Below, piece after piece: positions 7,652 through 17,936 of a stretch of DNA of 43,945 bases. How positions within the stretch are numbered: position 1 is the stretch's first letter; each line of letters opens with the position of its first letter. Below the pieces are notes generated by a model, which saw only the letters and a list, made by a program, of their open reading frames with translations, was not told the DNA's origin and searched no databases. The DNA is from a virus. The translations under genes and the position numbers were made by a program. Location of the stretch: the IMG/VR virus record IMGVR_UViG_3300017698_000057, positions 1 to 43,945 of that record. One strand, given 5' to 3'.

Positions 7652-9597
7652 GGCCGCCTCCCGCAAAGCTGAATGATCTCGGCAAATTCAACGCCGTCCT
7701 CGGCATAGCGCAGAAGGTCAGAGGCCGTGCGAACGTGCGTGCCGTCCTCCATCACCATGTCTATCTCGAAATCGCCGTCGCGCTCGATCTGCGCCCGCAT
7801 GTCGTCAAGCGCCGACAGGTTCGCGTCCACCGCTTCCTTCGATGCCGGATCGGAAAACCGCTCTACGCTTGGGGGCGTTTCTGCCGGGCGGCTTGCAGGG
7901 CTTTGGCCTGGGCCTTCACCTTCTGCGCGGTCTCGCGCTGCCGGGCGGTCAGGTTCTCTTTCAGGCGCCGGTCGAGATGCTGGATCAGGGCGTCCAGCCT
8001 CGTCGTCGAAGAATGGGATGTCGTCAAATTCCGGTTCATCGGCCAGCCTCGGGGATACGTCGTTCTCGACAGCCTGTATCAGTTCCCTTTCTACCGCAGA
8101 ATCCGCGTCACCGCCACTCTCTCGCAAAATACGGGCGGCGGCTGTGCGGATTTCGTCATCCAGTTTCAGGCTGTTTTCCCGCTCGAAGCGGTTGATTCCG
8201 CTGCGAACAAAGGCGTCTGGATCAGGGCTTGCATCAATGGCGGCCTTGCTGGCGACGAAGTTCCCGTCCTGTATGAAGCCGTCGATGTTGCGCGTCGAAG
8301 CAAGCCCCTCGATCTCGGCCATCCGGGCGGCGACCTCGGGCGATACCGGGGTTTTCCCGCGCCCGGACAGTTCATCGGCCAATGCGCGCAAGAGGGCGTC
8401 GGGCTCGAAATACCCGCTGCTTTGATCCACGGGCAGGACGAATTGCAGATCGCCGTACTCGGATGCCACCAGGTTGTCGAAGTCGGACAGGCCGTTCTTG
8501 TTGTCGAACAGGAACGGGTGCGTGCGCGGCGTGATGCCGGCGTTCGCCAGTTCCTGCGCGGCGGGCGTGCGGACCCGTTCGCCGTTCCGCATCATCGTGC
8601 TTTTGACCTTGGGCAGAGACTGCACCAGCGGGTACTTGTGCCGCATCTCGGGGAAATCGCGCTCGATCTCGGCCATCCGCTGATCGACTTCCGCCTCTAC
8701 CGTGCGGGCAAGGGCATCTTCGGCGTCGTCGAACGGAACGGCATCCCGGACTTCTTCCGGTGCTTCCCTACGGGCGTCCTCGATCGCCTTGCGGAAGAAA
8801 TCCGTGTCGCCTTGGACCAGCGCATCTTCCGCCGCATCAACGGCGGCCTGCGCCTCGATCGGGCCCGGCACATCGTTGCGGCCCATGTAGGCCTTCACCC
8901 CCCGGCCCAATGCCCTGATGCCGCGAAAGCCGAGTTCCAGCCCGCCGCCAAGCACGCCGCCGAACACCGCTGCCCCGGCCAGTTCCGCCAAGAGGTTCGG
9001 CTCCGGCTTTTCCAGACGCTCCGCCATGTCCAGCCGGTCAGGGACGTTCACAATTTCGGCCCCAAGGTTCAGGGCGGCCTCGCGCAGCATCACCCTGCCG
9101 ATGGACCCGCCGAAGCCGCCGAACACCAGAAATGGGGCGTTTTTTATGTCGGCAGTGGCGCCTGCCATGCTGGCGAGGAAATCGACAACCGCATTCCCTT
9201 CCGGCGACATGGCAAGGATGCCTTGAAGATCTGCATCTTCGGCTTTCAGGCTTTCGTTCAGGCGTTCCTCTATGGCTTCGTCGGATAGATCCACATCGGC
9301 CCACGCATCCGGGCTTTCCTCTGCCATCGACCGGGCGATGTCGAGGATTTCGCCCTCCGTGAAGGCGGCGTTCGGGCCTTCGCCAAGTTGTTCCCTTGGT
9401 ATGCGGGGCAGAACCTGATTGGCGAGATCGCGCTCAATCTCGGTACGGCGGCGCTGGCGGGTGAAGTTGGCGTTCTGTTCAAGCCCGGTCGAACGGAACA
9501 GCGCGGAAATACGGTCGCCAGTGTCAGCCGCGCGATCACCCTGCGCCGGGGCCGTGGCGATGCGCTTCTGCGGCCACGCTGGAAACAGGTCGGACAT
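7648..9597 (-). CDS. Internal virion / ejection protein
   Basis: 649 aa, acidic and Ala-rich, with a Gly-rich hydrophobic patch. The call rests on position within the core-protein block. Confidence 0.5.
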   Translation of the reverse strand: MSDLFPAWPQKRIATAPAQGDRAADTGDRISALFRSTGLEQNANFTRQRRRTEIERDLANQVLPRIPREQLGEGPNAAFTEGEILDIARSMAEESPDAWADVDLSDEAIEERLNESLKAEDADLQGILAMSPEGNAVVDFLASMAGATADIKNAPFLVFGGFGGSIGRVMLREAALNLGAEIVNVPDRLDMAERLEKPEPNLLAELAGAAVFGGVLGGGLELGFRGIRALGRGVKAYMGRNDVPGPIEAQAAVDAAEDALVQGDTDFFRKAIEDARREAPEEVRDAVPFDDAEDALARTVEAEVDQRMAEIERDFPEMRHKYPLVQSLPKVKSTMMRNGERVRTPAAQELANAGITPRTHPFLFDNKNGLSDFDNLVASEYGDLQFVLPVDQSSGYFEPDALLRALADELSGRGKTPVSPEVAARMAEIEGLASTRNIDGFIQDGNFVASKAAIDASPDPDAFVRSGINRFERENSLKLDDEIRTAAARILRESGGDADSAVERELIQAVENDVSPRLADEPEFDDIPFFDDEAGRPDPASRPAPEREPDRPAARDRAEGEGPGQSPASRPAETPPSVERFSDPASKEAVDANLSALDDMRAQIERDGDFEIDMVMEDGTHVRTASDLLRYAEDGVEFAEIIQLCGRRP

Positions 9598-9598
9598 G

Positions 9599-12500
9599 TC
9601 AGCCCCCTGCAAGTTTGCGAACGTCGAACTCGAAGATGCTCACGCCGTCGTCGTTCATCACGTCAACGAAGCCCATGCCGGTCTGGTACTGGATGCGGTA
9701 GAACCCGCCGCCAGTGGCAACGAAGCGCAGCCTGTCGGGGTCGGAAAATGCCTTCTCGTCCAGCGGCGTGCCCCGGAATGTCGGCAGGCTTTCATCGCGC
9801 GATGCGGCTTTCCAGCGGTCGGCGTCGAACTCTTGCTCCGGCACGGCATTGTCGGTTCCGGCCAAGGCATCCCCGATTTCGATCACGCTGCGGGCCATGC
9901 CTGCGATGAAGTCGTTCGGCGGCGGGAAAACCGCCTTATTGAACTCCTTCACGGTCATCCCGGTTGGCAGAAGGGTATCGAACCCGTTGACGCTCTGGAC
10001 GCCGCCAGCCACGCCTTTTGGCAGGGTTTCCTGTCCGAGAGCGCGATTTACGGCCTCGGCCATCAGTTCCTTGCGGTCCTCGTCGGTCTGAACGCCGCCG
10101 GCCTGTGTCGCATAGAGCGCCTGGGCGAACTTCATCACCCGCTTCTGCATGTTGCCGGCGTCAGGAAGCCCCGCCATAGCTTCGGCAACAGCCGGCGCAA
10201 CGACGCCCATCTTGCTTGCGCCCTGCGGGAACTGCACCTGCCCGGCGGCAACCAGTTCCTGCCCACGGATCGCTTCTTCCAGAAGGCCGACATTGCCGGT
10301 GACGGCGGCAAGACCGCCCCCATGCACCAGCACATCATCCGCGCCGGCCTGTTGCAGCATCGCCGGCAGGGCCTCTGGCGCCGCCTGCGCGATCATGCCG
10401 ACCAGCATCGCGCGGCCGGCGGGGTCTTGATCTGGCTTGAGTGCCGCCGAAAGCATCTTCGCCTCGTCCTTCGACAGCGGAACCAGCCCTTCGACATACC
10501 CGGCGGCCTGAAACCGCTCTGCCCATTGCGACCGGGCACGCAGCGATTTGGCGAACCCCGTGGGATCAGTGGCAACGGCCGCGAAGTCGATCTGCGGCGG
10601 CGGGCCGATCTCGGTGTCGTTTTGCAGGTTCTCCGCGGCGAATTTCACCGGGTCATCGCCAAGCGCCGCCAATGTCGTCTTGTGAAGGTCTTGCAGCGCC
10701 GAGAGGAAATCCATCTCGTATTTCGCGCCGACGGGCCGGGCCTTTTCCTCGGCCATCACCGCCTGTTGCTGCGCCGGGGGCAGGGCCATGAAATCGGGAT
10801 AGACATCTGCGGCGGCGATCCGCGCGGCCAGTTCCTGCGCCTTGTCCGGGTGCATCTGCCAGACGGCGGGATCGTCGATGATGTCCTCGCCTTCCGCTAC
10901 ACGCCCGCCCTTGCGCGCGGTGATCGCCAGATCGAGCCGGTCTCCGATTTCGTCCGACCGTTCCTTGTCCCGCCGGGCGCGAAGGCGATCCGCGTCATCA
11001 AGGGCGGCAAGGATGGTGTTCTCGCTCTGCGCGCGGGTCCATGCAACGCCGGGCAGGCTTTCGCGGGCCAGAAGGGCATCTTCCAGCCGGGCGCGGGCGG
11101 CGGCGGCTTCTTCCGTCCGTCCAGCGGCTTGAGCCTCGGCATACTCCGTCCGGTAGCGATCAATGAGCGCCTTGGAACTGTTCGAGGCCCGCGTCCTGAT
11201 TTCCCGGTGCCGTTCATCGACCATGCCGAGATAGCGGCGCTGCACTTCCTCGGTCAGTTCGTTGCGCAGATCGCCCTTGAACATGTCCGGGGCGCGCTCG
11301 ACCAGGCTTTCGACATAGGCTTCGGCCGCTTCCATGAAGCCGTCCGGGTTGCCTTCGTTCTCGAACGACAGCGCCATCATGTCCGTGGCGGCCGCCAGCT
11401 TCGTATCCGCAAGGAACGCCACCCCGGCGGCGGCGTTGTGGGCTTGCAGGATTTCGCCAGACAGCGGCGAATACAGGCGCGGCTCGATCTTGCCTTCCCG
11501 CGTCCGAACCGTGGTGGCGGGCTCAACCGTGCCCCGCGACGACACGCGCGGCTCGCCGTTGTCCTGCGGCGTGACAACGATTTCCTCCAACGGAATGTCG
11601 TCGTGCGCGAAGAACTCCTTGCCGTGAACGACCGGCGCCCCTTCCGGCACACCCGCCTCTTGGCGGCGGCGCTCGACCTCGGCGGTGTATTCCTCGGGCG
11701 TGCCTTCGCCGCCCTCCTTGCCGAAATCGCCGCTGGTGGGCATCGTGATCGGCTGCGCCTGCTCGTAGAGAGCCTTCACTTCGTCGCGGGTCGGAACCAC
11801 GCCGCCGCGCTCCTGGGCAAGTTGCTGCGCCTCTGCCGCCGATACAGACAGGTAGTTGCCGTTCTCGTCACGGGCATAGTCCGGGGCGGCATAGACGGTC
11901 CTGCCGTTGCGCTCGCCAACCGGAACCCATGTGTCATCCGGCGGATCGAACCGATATTCCCGGAACAGTTGGCTGTAATCCCGATAGGACGGATCGTGCG
12001 CCGTGCCGTCGCCGTCGAAGGATTGCCAAACCTCTCCGTTACCCTTGACGCCGCCGATCATGCCAACGGCACCCGGTGTCGGCTGGACCTCCACGTTCAC
12101 GCCGAGTTCCGACATGGCATCAGCCGCGATCTTGTCCGGGCTGTCGAAGCCGCCGCCGGTCAGGGTGCCGTCGTCGCTTACAGAAATCGCGCTGTTGTAT
12201 CGCCCCGTGACCTTGGCGACGTATTCTGGAACCGTGTTGTATCCGTCCGATGCCGAGCCTGCCGCGCTGAGGGGGCGGCCCGAAAACCACACCGACGCCG
12301 CATCCGCAAGCGATCCGTGCTGCTCATATGCCGCACCAAACTTGGCGTCGAACACTGCATCCTGCGCTTCCGGGTCGCTCAAGAACTCCTGCGGCGTCAT
12401 CCGCCGGCCAAGAACTTCCTCGGTCCACGGGCCGATGTTGAAATCCATGACCTGATAACGGCCATAGGCGCGGCCACCGTTCGAGGTTTCAGGTCCAACG

Positions 12501-12835
12501 GCATCGTATCTGTTGCCGCTTTCGACAAAGCCGACGGCATCCCGGAAGGTTCCGTCACCTATGCCCACGCCCACACCGACGCTCGACAGCCCTTCCCGGC
12601 CCGGTGTCTCGATCTCCGGCAACGGCATTCGGTTGTCGCCCATCACCCGGCGCGACCATTCGTGCCCCGCCTCAAGACCGGTCTGGCGCTTCTTCTCTTT
12701 CGCGCCCTTGGCAAAAAAATCGTATGCCTCGTTCGCAATCTCGGCCAGCGCGGCAAACCCGGTCCCGGCCTGCGGCGTCACCCGCTGGAAATTCGAGATC
12801 GGTGTGCTGCGACGGATTTTCGGAAGTTGCGCCAT
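9599..12835 (-). CDS. Internal virion protein with N-terminal lytic transglycosylase-like domain
   Basis: 1078 aa. Residues of about 95-190 read GFVESGNRYDAVGP...GRAYGRYQVMDF, an SLT-like pattern with a catalytic Glu followed by a Y/MQ motif. This is analogous to T7 gp16. Confidence 0.65.
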   Translation of the reverse strand: MAQLPKIRRSTPISNFQRVTPQAGTGFAALAEIANEAYDFFAKGAKEKKRQTGLEAGHEWSRRVMGDNRMPLPEIETPGREGLSSVGVGVGIGDGTFRDAVGFVESGNRYDAVGPETSNGGRAYGRYQVMDFNIGPWTEEVLGRRMTPQEFLSDPEAQDAVFDAKFGAAYEQHGSLADAASVWFSGRPLSAAGSASDGYNTVPEYVAKVTGRYNSAISVSDDGTLTGGGFDSPDKIAADAMSELGVNVEVQPTPGAVGMIGGVKGNGEVWQSFDGDGTAHDPSYRDYSQLFREYRFDPPDDTWVPVGERNGRTVYAAPDYARDENGNYLSVSAAEAQQLAQERGGVVPTRDEVKALYEQAQPITMPTSGDFGKEGGEGTPEEYTAEVERRRQEAGVPEGAPVVHGKEFFAHDDIPLEEIVVTPQDNGEPRVSSRGTVEPATTVRTREGKIEPRLYSPLSGEILQAHNAAAGVAFLADTKLAAATDMMALSFENEGNPDGFMEAAEAYVESLVERAPDMFKGDLRNELTEEVQRRYLGMVDERHREIRTRASNSSKALIDRYRTEYAEAQAAGRTEEAAAARARLEDALLARESLPGVAWTRAQSENTILAALDDADRLRARRDKERSDEIGDRLDLAITARKGGRVAEGEDIIDDPAVWQMHPDKAQELAARIAAADVYPDFMALPPAQQQAVMAEEKARPVGAKYEMDFLSALQDLHKTTLAALGDDPVKFAAENLQNDTEIGPPPQIDFAAVATDPTGFAKSLRARSQWAERFQAAGYVEGLVPLSKDEAKMLSAALKPDQDPAGRAMLVGMIAQAAPEALPAMLQQAGADDVLVHGGGLAAVTGNVGLLEEAIRGQELVAAGQVQFPQGASKMGVVAPAVAEAMAGLPDAGNMQKRVMKFAQALYATQAGGVQTDEDRKELMAEAVNRALGQETLPKGVAGGVQSVNGFDTLLPTGMTVKEFNKAVFPPPNDFIAGMARSVIEIGDALAGTDNAVPEQEFDADRWKAASRDESLPTFRGTPLDEKAFSDPDRLRFVATGGGFYRIQYQTGMGFVDVMNDDGVSIFEFDVRKLAGG

Positions 12836-12841
12836 GAAGCC

Positions 12842-13258
12842 CTACCTAAGCAATTCGTACAGATCAAAGAGGGGCTGACCGGCCTTTGCCAAGCCGACTG
12901 GAAGTGCCATCTTCGCCATCTGCCCGGAATTGCGCGCCTTGGTTCGGAAGTCCGCCGCCTCCATCATGCGGTTGCCGAACTCGATGCTGCGTTCGCGGTC
13001 GCGTGTCTTGCGGAAGTCCTGGAACAACTCGAACGTGCCGGCATTCATCGGCTGACCGTTGGCCCCCAGCGCCGCCCGCATCGACCCGAGTTCCGATTCC
13101 AGCCCCTGACGGGCGCCAATGTCCGTCTGGATTGCCCGCGTTCGGGCGATGAAGGCGTTGCGGTTGTCGGCGTCCTGCTGAGCCTTGGCCTGCTGCCGCG
13201 CGCCCATAGCCCCCATAATTGGGCCCGCTGCTTGCGATACGAGTGCGACGGTCTCCAT
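12842..13258 (-). CDS. Small internal virion protein
   Basis: 138 aa starting METVALVSQAAGPIMG. Its ATG overlaps the stop of the upstream gene as TAATG. Size and position resemble T7 gp13/gp14. Confidence 0.5.
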   Translation of the reverse strand: METVALVSQAAGPIMGAMGARQQAKAQQDADNRNAFIARTRAIQTDIGARQGLESELGSMRAALGANGQPMNAGTFELFQDFRKTRDRERSIEFGNRMMEAADFRTKARNSGQMAKMALPVGLAKAGQPLFDLYELLR

Positions 13259-15501
13259 TATCCTTGAACCTCCTGTGCGAGATACAGAACCCGCAATTTG
13301 GCGGGTTTTTCCTTCACAACGGCCAATTCCGGGTAGGTGCGCCGCCCGAACACGGGGATGCGGTACTCTTTCGTCCTGAGCGGCGGCGCTTCGCCAAGAA
13401 TATCGCCGAAGTCGTAGCCCCCAAGCGGGCGGCTGTCGTTGTTGGCCTGCGCGGTGAACTCGCCCGAGTTCTGCACGGCGACGATGAACGTGATGCACCG
13501 CTCGTCGAACGTGCCGGCGCGGGCGCTGTCCAGCATCTCCGCCGGCCACGGCCGCACTTCCGCCTGGAAGTTCAGCCCGATCTGCCGGGTGCCGATGATG
13601 TCTGGCAGATCGGTGATCGTGCCGTCGCTGTTGACCGTGAACGGCCCCTGTATCCGTGATCCCTCGACGATATAGACATCCTTGCCCGCAAGCCGGATCG
13701 CGTGCGGAACACCGACATAGAGGGGATTGCCGTTGACCTCGAAGCCCGATCCGTTCGTCTCAAGCTGGTCGTAGGAGTTGCCCAGCGTTTCGACCTCCAT
13801 TCCGCAATCCACCAGAAACCCGTCCTCGAAGGTTTCCAGATACCGAACCGGGTTGCCGTCGATGGTCCGGTCCACCAGCGCCCAATACTTGCCGAACACC
13901 GGGGCCACATCGACGAACTCGCCCTGCGTGTCCCACGGCGCCGCGCCGATCACCTGTTCATCAAGCGACTCGTTGTAGCTGAGCGCGGCCAGCGTGCCGT
14001 CGCTGTTGACGATGAGAAGGTATTTCTCTGGGGTCGCGGATTCCACGGCGGGGCCGCACAGGTTGACCGGGCTGTTGATCAGGTGGTTGCTGGCCGCCGT
14101 CAGTGACCGCACCTGCCACCGCAACTGCACGTTGCCGCTCAGAACAGCGGCGGAAACCTGCTCGTTGTTCGATTCCACGAACACCACGCCATCATTCACC
14201 CGCACGGGCTTCACATCGGACGCGCCCCTGTCGTCGAACAGGATCGGGCTGAAATTCGACGGCGTGATGGCAACCTGCTCGCGCAGAAAGACGACGTAGC
14301 TGCCCTTGTCGGAAAAGATCAGAAGATCGCCGGAGTTGACCACATGCTTGAGCCGCGGCTTGCCGTCGCCGATCTCGCGCAAAATGGCGTCGTCATCCTC
14401 AAGCCCAACGTCGAAATCGTCGAACCCGCGCGCCGATGACACCGCGATTGCAGAGGGAACTTCCGGAAAATCGGTGAAGAACAGGCGCTGACCCGCGACG
14501 GCCGCCGCACGGGGCCAGCCATGCGCCGCCGACATCATCTGTTCATCCCAAACATCGGTCGGCTGTGGCGCGATCTCGGTCTTGCCGCCGGCGATCAGTT
14601 TGCTGCTGGTGTTCGGCCCCGATAGTTCCTCCGCGATGGTTGCGCCCGTTTCCGGCCCCTCGAAGCGATGAAGGGTCACAACTTCGAGCGTATCCTTGGA
14701 AAATAAACCACCAGATGCCTTGTAAACCGCCGTCACGCGCCCCTGCCAGTTGGAGTCGTTGCCTATGACGGCATCGCCCACGCGAAAGCCGCTGCTGTCC
14801 GTGATGCTCAGACGATAGGACGGCGGCAGTTCGTTGATCACCGTACCCTTGAGGGTGTTTGCGGCGATGAACTCGGTGATGGCGATCTCGCGATTGAGAT
14901 ACCGAATGCGGGTGCCGACATGCGAGGCGGTGAACACGTCCTCTGTCGCCGTGATCGTGATCGTGCCGGTCTTTCCCGACGGCTGGATCTTCACCTTGGG
15001 ATTGAACGCCCAGTAGGGTTGCGCGATCTCGCCGCCTGTGCTGTCAGCAAACGACCATGATCCGCCTTCCCATTCGCCATCATCATACCGGATATAGTAG
15101 ATGCCGAACGAACCGCCGATCAGAACCGTCGGCCCGATGGGCGTCACATAGACACCTTCCGCCGACGACCACGGCACCGCCGCGAACGTCTTGATCGCGG
15201 CGCCGGAATGATCGAACACCACCAATGAACTGTCGGTCACGTATATGCCGAAGGTGGTGTCCTCATCAGGCTTGTATTCCACCAGCTTGTTCGCGGTCAG
15301 AGGCACGTTCGCACGAAACGCGGTGCCGGGCCGGGCCTCGATCGCGCCCGTCGCCAGGGACCGCATGTTCCGCGCCCCCTTGAGCGCCAGTTTCAGCATG
15401 TCGGAATCGGTGCGGCCGAGGAAATCCTCACGGACCTCCATCAGCCGCATGTCCCGCTGAGATATGACCCGCTTCCGCCTAGCCACGTCCGAACCTCGCA
15501 T
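13258..15501 (-). CDS. Tail tubular protein B-like (nozzle)
   Basis: 747 aa. Size and position after the adaptor gene match T7 gp12. The start is uncertain, with alternative ATGs at 15450 and 15441. Confidence 0.55.
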   Translation of the reverse strand: MRGSDVARRKRVISQRDMRLMEVREDFLGRTDSDMLKLALKGARNMRSLATGAIEARPGTAFRANVPLTANKLVEYKPDEDTTFGIYVTDSSLVVFDHSGAAIKTFAAVPWSSAEGVYVTPIGPTVLIGGSFGIYYIRYDDGEWEGGSWSFADSTGGEIAQPYWAFNPKVKIQPSGKTGTITITATEDVFTASHVGTRIRYLNREIAITEFIAANTLKGTVINELPPSYRLSITDSSGFRVGDAVIGNDSNWQGRVTAVYKASGGLFSKDTLEVVTLHRFEGPETGATIAEELSGPNTSSKLIAGGKTEIAPQPTDVWDEQMMSAAHGWPRAAAVAGQRLFFTDFPEVPSAIAVSSARGFDDFDVGLEDDDAILREIGDGKPRLKHVVNSGDLLIFSDKGSYVVFLREQVAITPSNFSPILFDDRGASDVKPVRVNDGVVFVESNNEQVSAAVLSGNVQLRWQVRSLTAASNHLINSPVNLCGPAVESATPEKYLLIVNSDGTLAALSYNESLDEQVIGAAPWDTQGEFVDVAPVFGKYWALVDRTIDGNPVRYLETFEDGFLVDCGMEVETLGNSYDQLETNGSGFEVNGNPLYVGVPHAIRLAGKDVYIVEGSRIQGPFTVNSDGTITDLPDIIGTRQIGLNFQAEVRPWPAEMLDSARAGTFDERCITFIVAVQNSGEFTAQANNDSRPLGGYDFGDILGEAPPLRTKEYRIPVFGRRTYPELAVVKEKPAKLRVLYLAQEVQG

Positions 15502-16072
15502 CCGCCAGACGGCTGCGGCGGAAGGGCTCCTGCGCTTTCCGGGCCTTGCTGGAATTGGTGCGGGCGCGCTGGAACTGTGCCTCTGCCATCTGTTCCATGT
15601 TCGACGCTTCGCCGGTTTCCTCCTTCACCGCGCGCAGAAGGGCCGCTTCCAGCTTCATCTGCACGCCGCGGGCGAAGTTCGCCGTCCAGAAGGTCGGCTC
15701 TGTCACCTTGACGTACTCGACGATCACGCCGTCGGTGCTGTCGAGATAGACATAGCGATCATCCTGCACCCATTCCGGTTCCCAACGGCTGCCCGATGAT
15801 GCCTCAAGACGGGCCTTGCGGACATGAAGGGCGTCACCGGGCAGAAGATAGGCGTCGTCGAACCCGAATTTCCCGTCCGTTCGGGTGTTCAGCGTCGTCT
15901 CGACCTTGGTGAAGTGATAGGCGCCGTCCTCAAGTTCCGCCTCGACAATGAGCGGCCAGTTGCGGGACAGAACCCGGTGTTCGGGCAGGGAAACGCTCTC
16001 GTTGATTTCTTCGAGCCCCTGAGAAATCAGGGCCGCGTTCATGATGCCGGTCATGGAAAATTCGGTAGCCAT
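15479..16072 (-). CDS. Tail tubular protein A-like (adaptor)
   Basis: 197 aa. The N-terminus MATEFSMTGIMNAALISQGLEEI, together with size and position, resembles T7 gp11-type adaptors. Confidence 0.55.
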   Translation of the reverse strand: MATEFSMTGIMNAALISQGLEEINESVSLPEHRVLSRNWPLIVEAELEDGAYHFTKVETTLNTRTDGKFGFDDAYLLPGDALHVRKARLEASSGSRWEPEWVQDDRYVYLDSTDGVIVEYVKVTEPTFWTANFARGVQMKLEAALLRAVKEETGEASNMEQMAEAQFQRARTNSSKARKAQEPFRRSRLADARFGRG

Positions 16073-16185
16073 GCCGCGAATATCCGTGCGGGGCCGTTGT
16101 TCGGCTATGCACATGGAAGCGGCGGCCGGGCTCCGCGCGTCCCGGCCGCCGCAAGAGGGGCCACCATTTGGGGAGGAGTCGGCCC

Positions 16186-16521
16186 CTATTCGTCGAGAAC
16201 TTCGACCTTCTCAAGCCGGTTGCGGATCAGGCGGATGATGTCGGTTTTCTTCATCACCTTCTCCGTCTTGATGCCGAGAGACAGCATCATCACCTTGAGA
16301 TCGGCAATGTCGATCGATTCAAGGTCGGGCAGTTGCGGCTTGGCCGGGCCCTTGCTTTCCTCGATCTTGTACATGCCGCCGGAGCGCCGCACGTTCTCAA
16401 GTCCGGTCTGGTAGCTGACCGCAACGGGGCCTTTCTTCTTGGCGGCCTCGTACTGCGCGCGATCAGCGTCATCCTTGGGCTTGTAGGCCGGATCGGGCTT
16501 GCAGATCACCATTTTCGGCAT
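16186..16521 (-). CDS. Hypothetical protein with C-terminal SAP/Rho-N-like helix-extension-helix motif
   Basis: 111 aa. The C-terminus reads IDIADLKVMMLSLGIKTEKVMKKTDIIRLIRNRL. Its ATG overlaps the upstream stop as TGATG. Confidence 0.55.
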   Translation of the reverse strand: MPKMVICKPDPAYKPKDDADRAQYEAAKKKGPVAVSYQTGLENVRRSGGMYKIEESKGPAKPQLPDLESIDIADLKVMMLSLGIKTEKVMKKTDIIRLIRNRLEKVEVLDE

Positions 16522-16955
16522 CACAGAATCTCCTTCGTGATGTAGGCGCCGAACGTGATCGACGGGGACGTTCCCCCAACATCGAGGTGCAGGTCGATGT
16601 AGCGGAATGTGGTTTCATTCCGCTCCGTGCGCGCCCGCATGATGAACTGATTGCCCGCCACCGTGTCGACGGTTTCGATTGCCAGCGTCCCGGCATCGCC
16701 GAGTTCCAGCGTGTCGAGGATCTGGGCGTCGGAACGGTCAGAGACGTTCGATCCGACAAGGCGGAAGGTATAGGTCTCGTCATTTGCCGAGACCTTGCAG
16801 GCTTCCACGTTGATGACGCAGGCGATGTCGGTTGCTGCCGCACCGCCCTGGTCGTGCTGGGTGCCGATATAGCCATCGGCGGTGACGGCGACCGAACCGA
16901 GTTCCCGTTTGATCAGGCCGGTTGCCGCGTCCATTGCGTAGGTTTTCATGGGCAT
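16521..16955 (-). CDS. Hypothetical virion protein (possible capsid decoration protein)
   Basis: 144 aa, immediately downstream of the major capsid gene. AAGGGA Shine-Dalgarno is present. Confidence 0.5.
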   Translation of the reverse strand: MPMKTYAMDAATGLIKRELGSVAVTADGYIGTQHDQGGAAATDIACVINVEACKVSANDETYTFRLVGSNVSDRSDAQILDTLELGDAGTLAIETVDTVAGNQFIMRARTERNETTFRYIDLHLDVGGTSPSITFGAYITKEIL

Positions 16956-16967
16956 GGTCGGTATCCC

Positions 16968-17933
16968 TTACTTGGTGATTGCAGCGTTGGTGATCGACGA
17001 AAGCCGGATCGCCGCGAACGGGTCGAGAACCGCCATGCCAACGTCATGCTCGACGTTGACGCGGTGGTAGACACCATCTTCGAGAAGGCCGAAGTCCTGA
17101 ACCTCCATCGGCTTCACTTCGAGGCCGCACACGCCGTCCTCGGCAAAGCGCACGATGTAGATCGAACTGGTCACGGCAGAACCGCCGCCAGCCGCGACTT
17201 CATTGAACGGCAGGAACTCGCCGAACTTGGTCACGCCGTAGCCGGTGTAGATCGGCAGATCGCCGTACCGGGTGACGCGCCGGCCCATTTCGTCCTTGTC
17301 GAACGTGATGAAGCCGCCGATGGACGTGTCGCGCTGCGCCGCGCCGAAGCGATCCTTGAGCGCCTTCGGCATGATGATGGCGTTCGGGCTTTCGACGAGG
17401 CCGATGGCCCGGTCAAGCTGTGCCAGCGAAAGGGCTGCACCGCCGCTGCTGGACGAGTTCGCCAGGATGCGCGACATGTAGTTGGAGCCGTCCGTCGATC
17501 CGCCGACCGCCTTGAGCCGGGCTTTCAGGCCGGTGAACTCGCGCGGCTGCGACTGGTTGTCGCCGTCGATGAAGGTGTCGGCCCAAACCTTCGCCTTCTT
17601 CTTGATCGACATGCGTTCGTCGATCGACTTGCGGTCGGGGCCGTGGCGGCGCAGCAGGGCGCGGTCAACGTCGATGTTGCCGGCGATGGGGAACGTCTGT
17701 TCCACCTTGTCGTTCAGAAGGCCGTGGCCTTCATCCGGCGTTTCGTTGATCGCCCGGAAGCCCATGTTGTCGGGCAGTTCCGCTTCCTCAAGGTAGCGAT
17801 ACACGCCGCCGGGCGCCGTGTGGTAGGGCAGAAGCCCCATGAAATCCACGGCTTCCGGGAACAGTTCGATGATCGCCCGTTCCTTGGAATCCGCCGGATA
17901 GCTTTTCGCATATTCGATCAGAGTTTGAACCAT
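16968..17933 (-). CDS. Major capsid protein
   Basis: 321 aa between the scaffold and decoration genes, with an AAGGA Shine-Dalgarno. Length and composition fit an HK97-fold capsid protein. Confidence 0.75.
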   Translation of the reverse strand: MVQTLIEYAKSYPADSKERAIIELFPEAVDFMGLLPYHTAPGGVYRYLEEAELPDNMGFRAINETPDEGHGLLNDKVEQTFPIAGNIDVDRALLRRHGPDRKSIDERMSIKKKAKVWADTFIDGDNQSQPREFTGLKARLKAVGGSTDGSNYMSRILANSSSSGGAALSLAQLDRAIGLVESPNAIIMPKALKDRFGAAQRDTSIGGFITFDKDEMGRRVTRYGDLPIYTGYGVTKFGEFLPFNEVAAGGGSAVTSSIYIVRFAEDGVCGLEVKPMEVQDFGLLEDGVYHRVNVEHDVGMAVLDPFAAIRLSSITNAAITK

Positions 17934-17936
17934 GAT

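Noticed and set aside
9419-13267. 1282-aa plus-strand ORF. Similar long antisense ORFs occur at 5636-7672, 7735-9288 and 16587-18752 on the plus strand, and at 4851-5939, 25139-25864, 37150-37899 and 42448-43383 on the minus strand.
   Set aside because: These are shadow ORFs opposite well-supported genes in GC-rich DNA. Their translations are Arg/Gly/Pro/His-rich low-complexity sequence with no motifs and no ribosome-binding sites. The opposite strand carries recognisable proteins and coupled starts.
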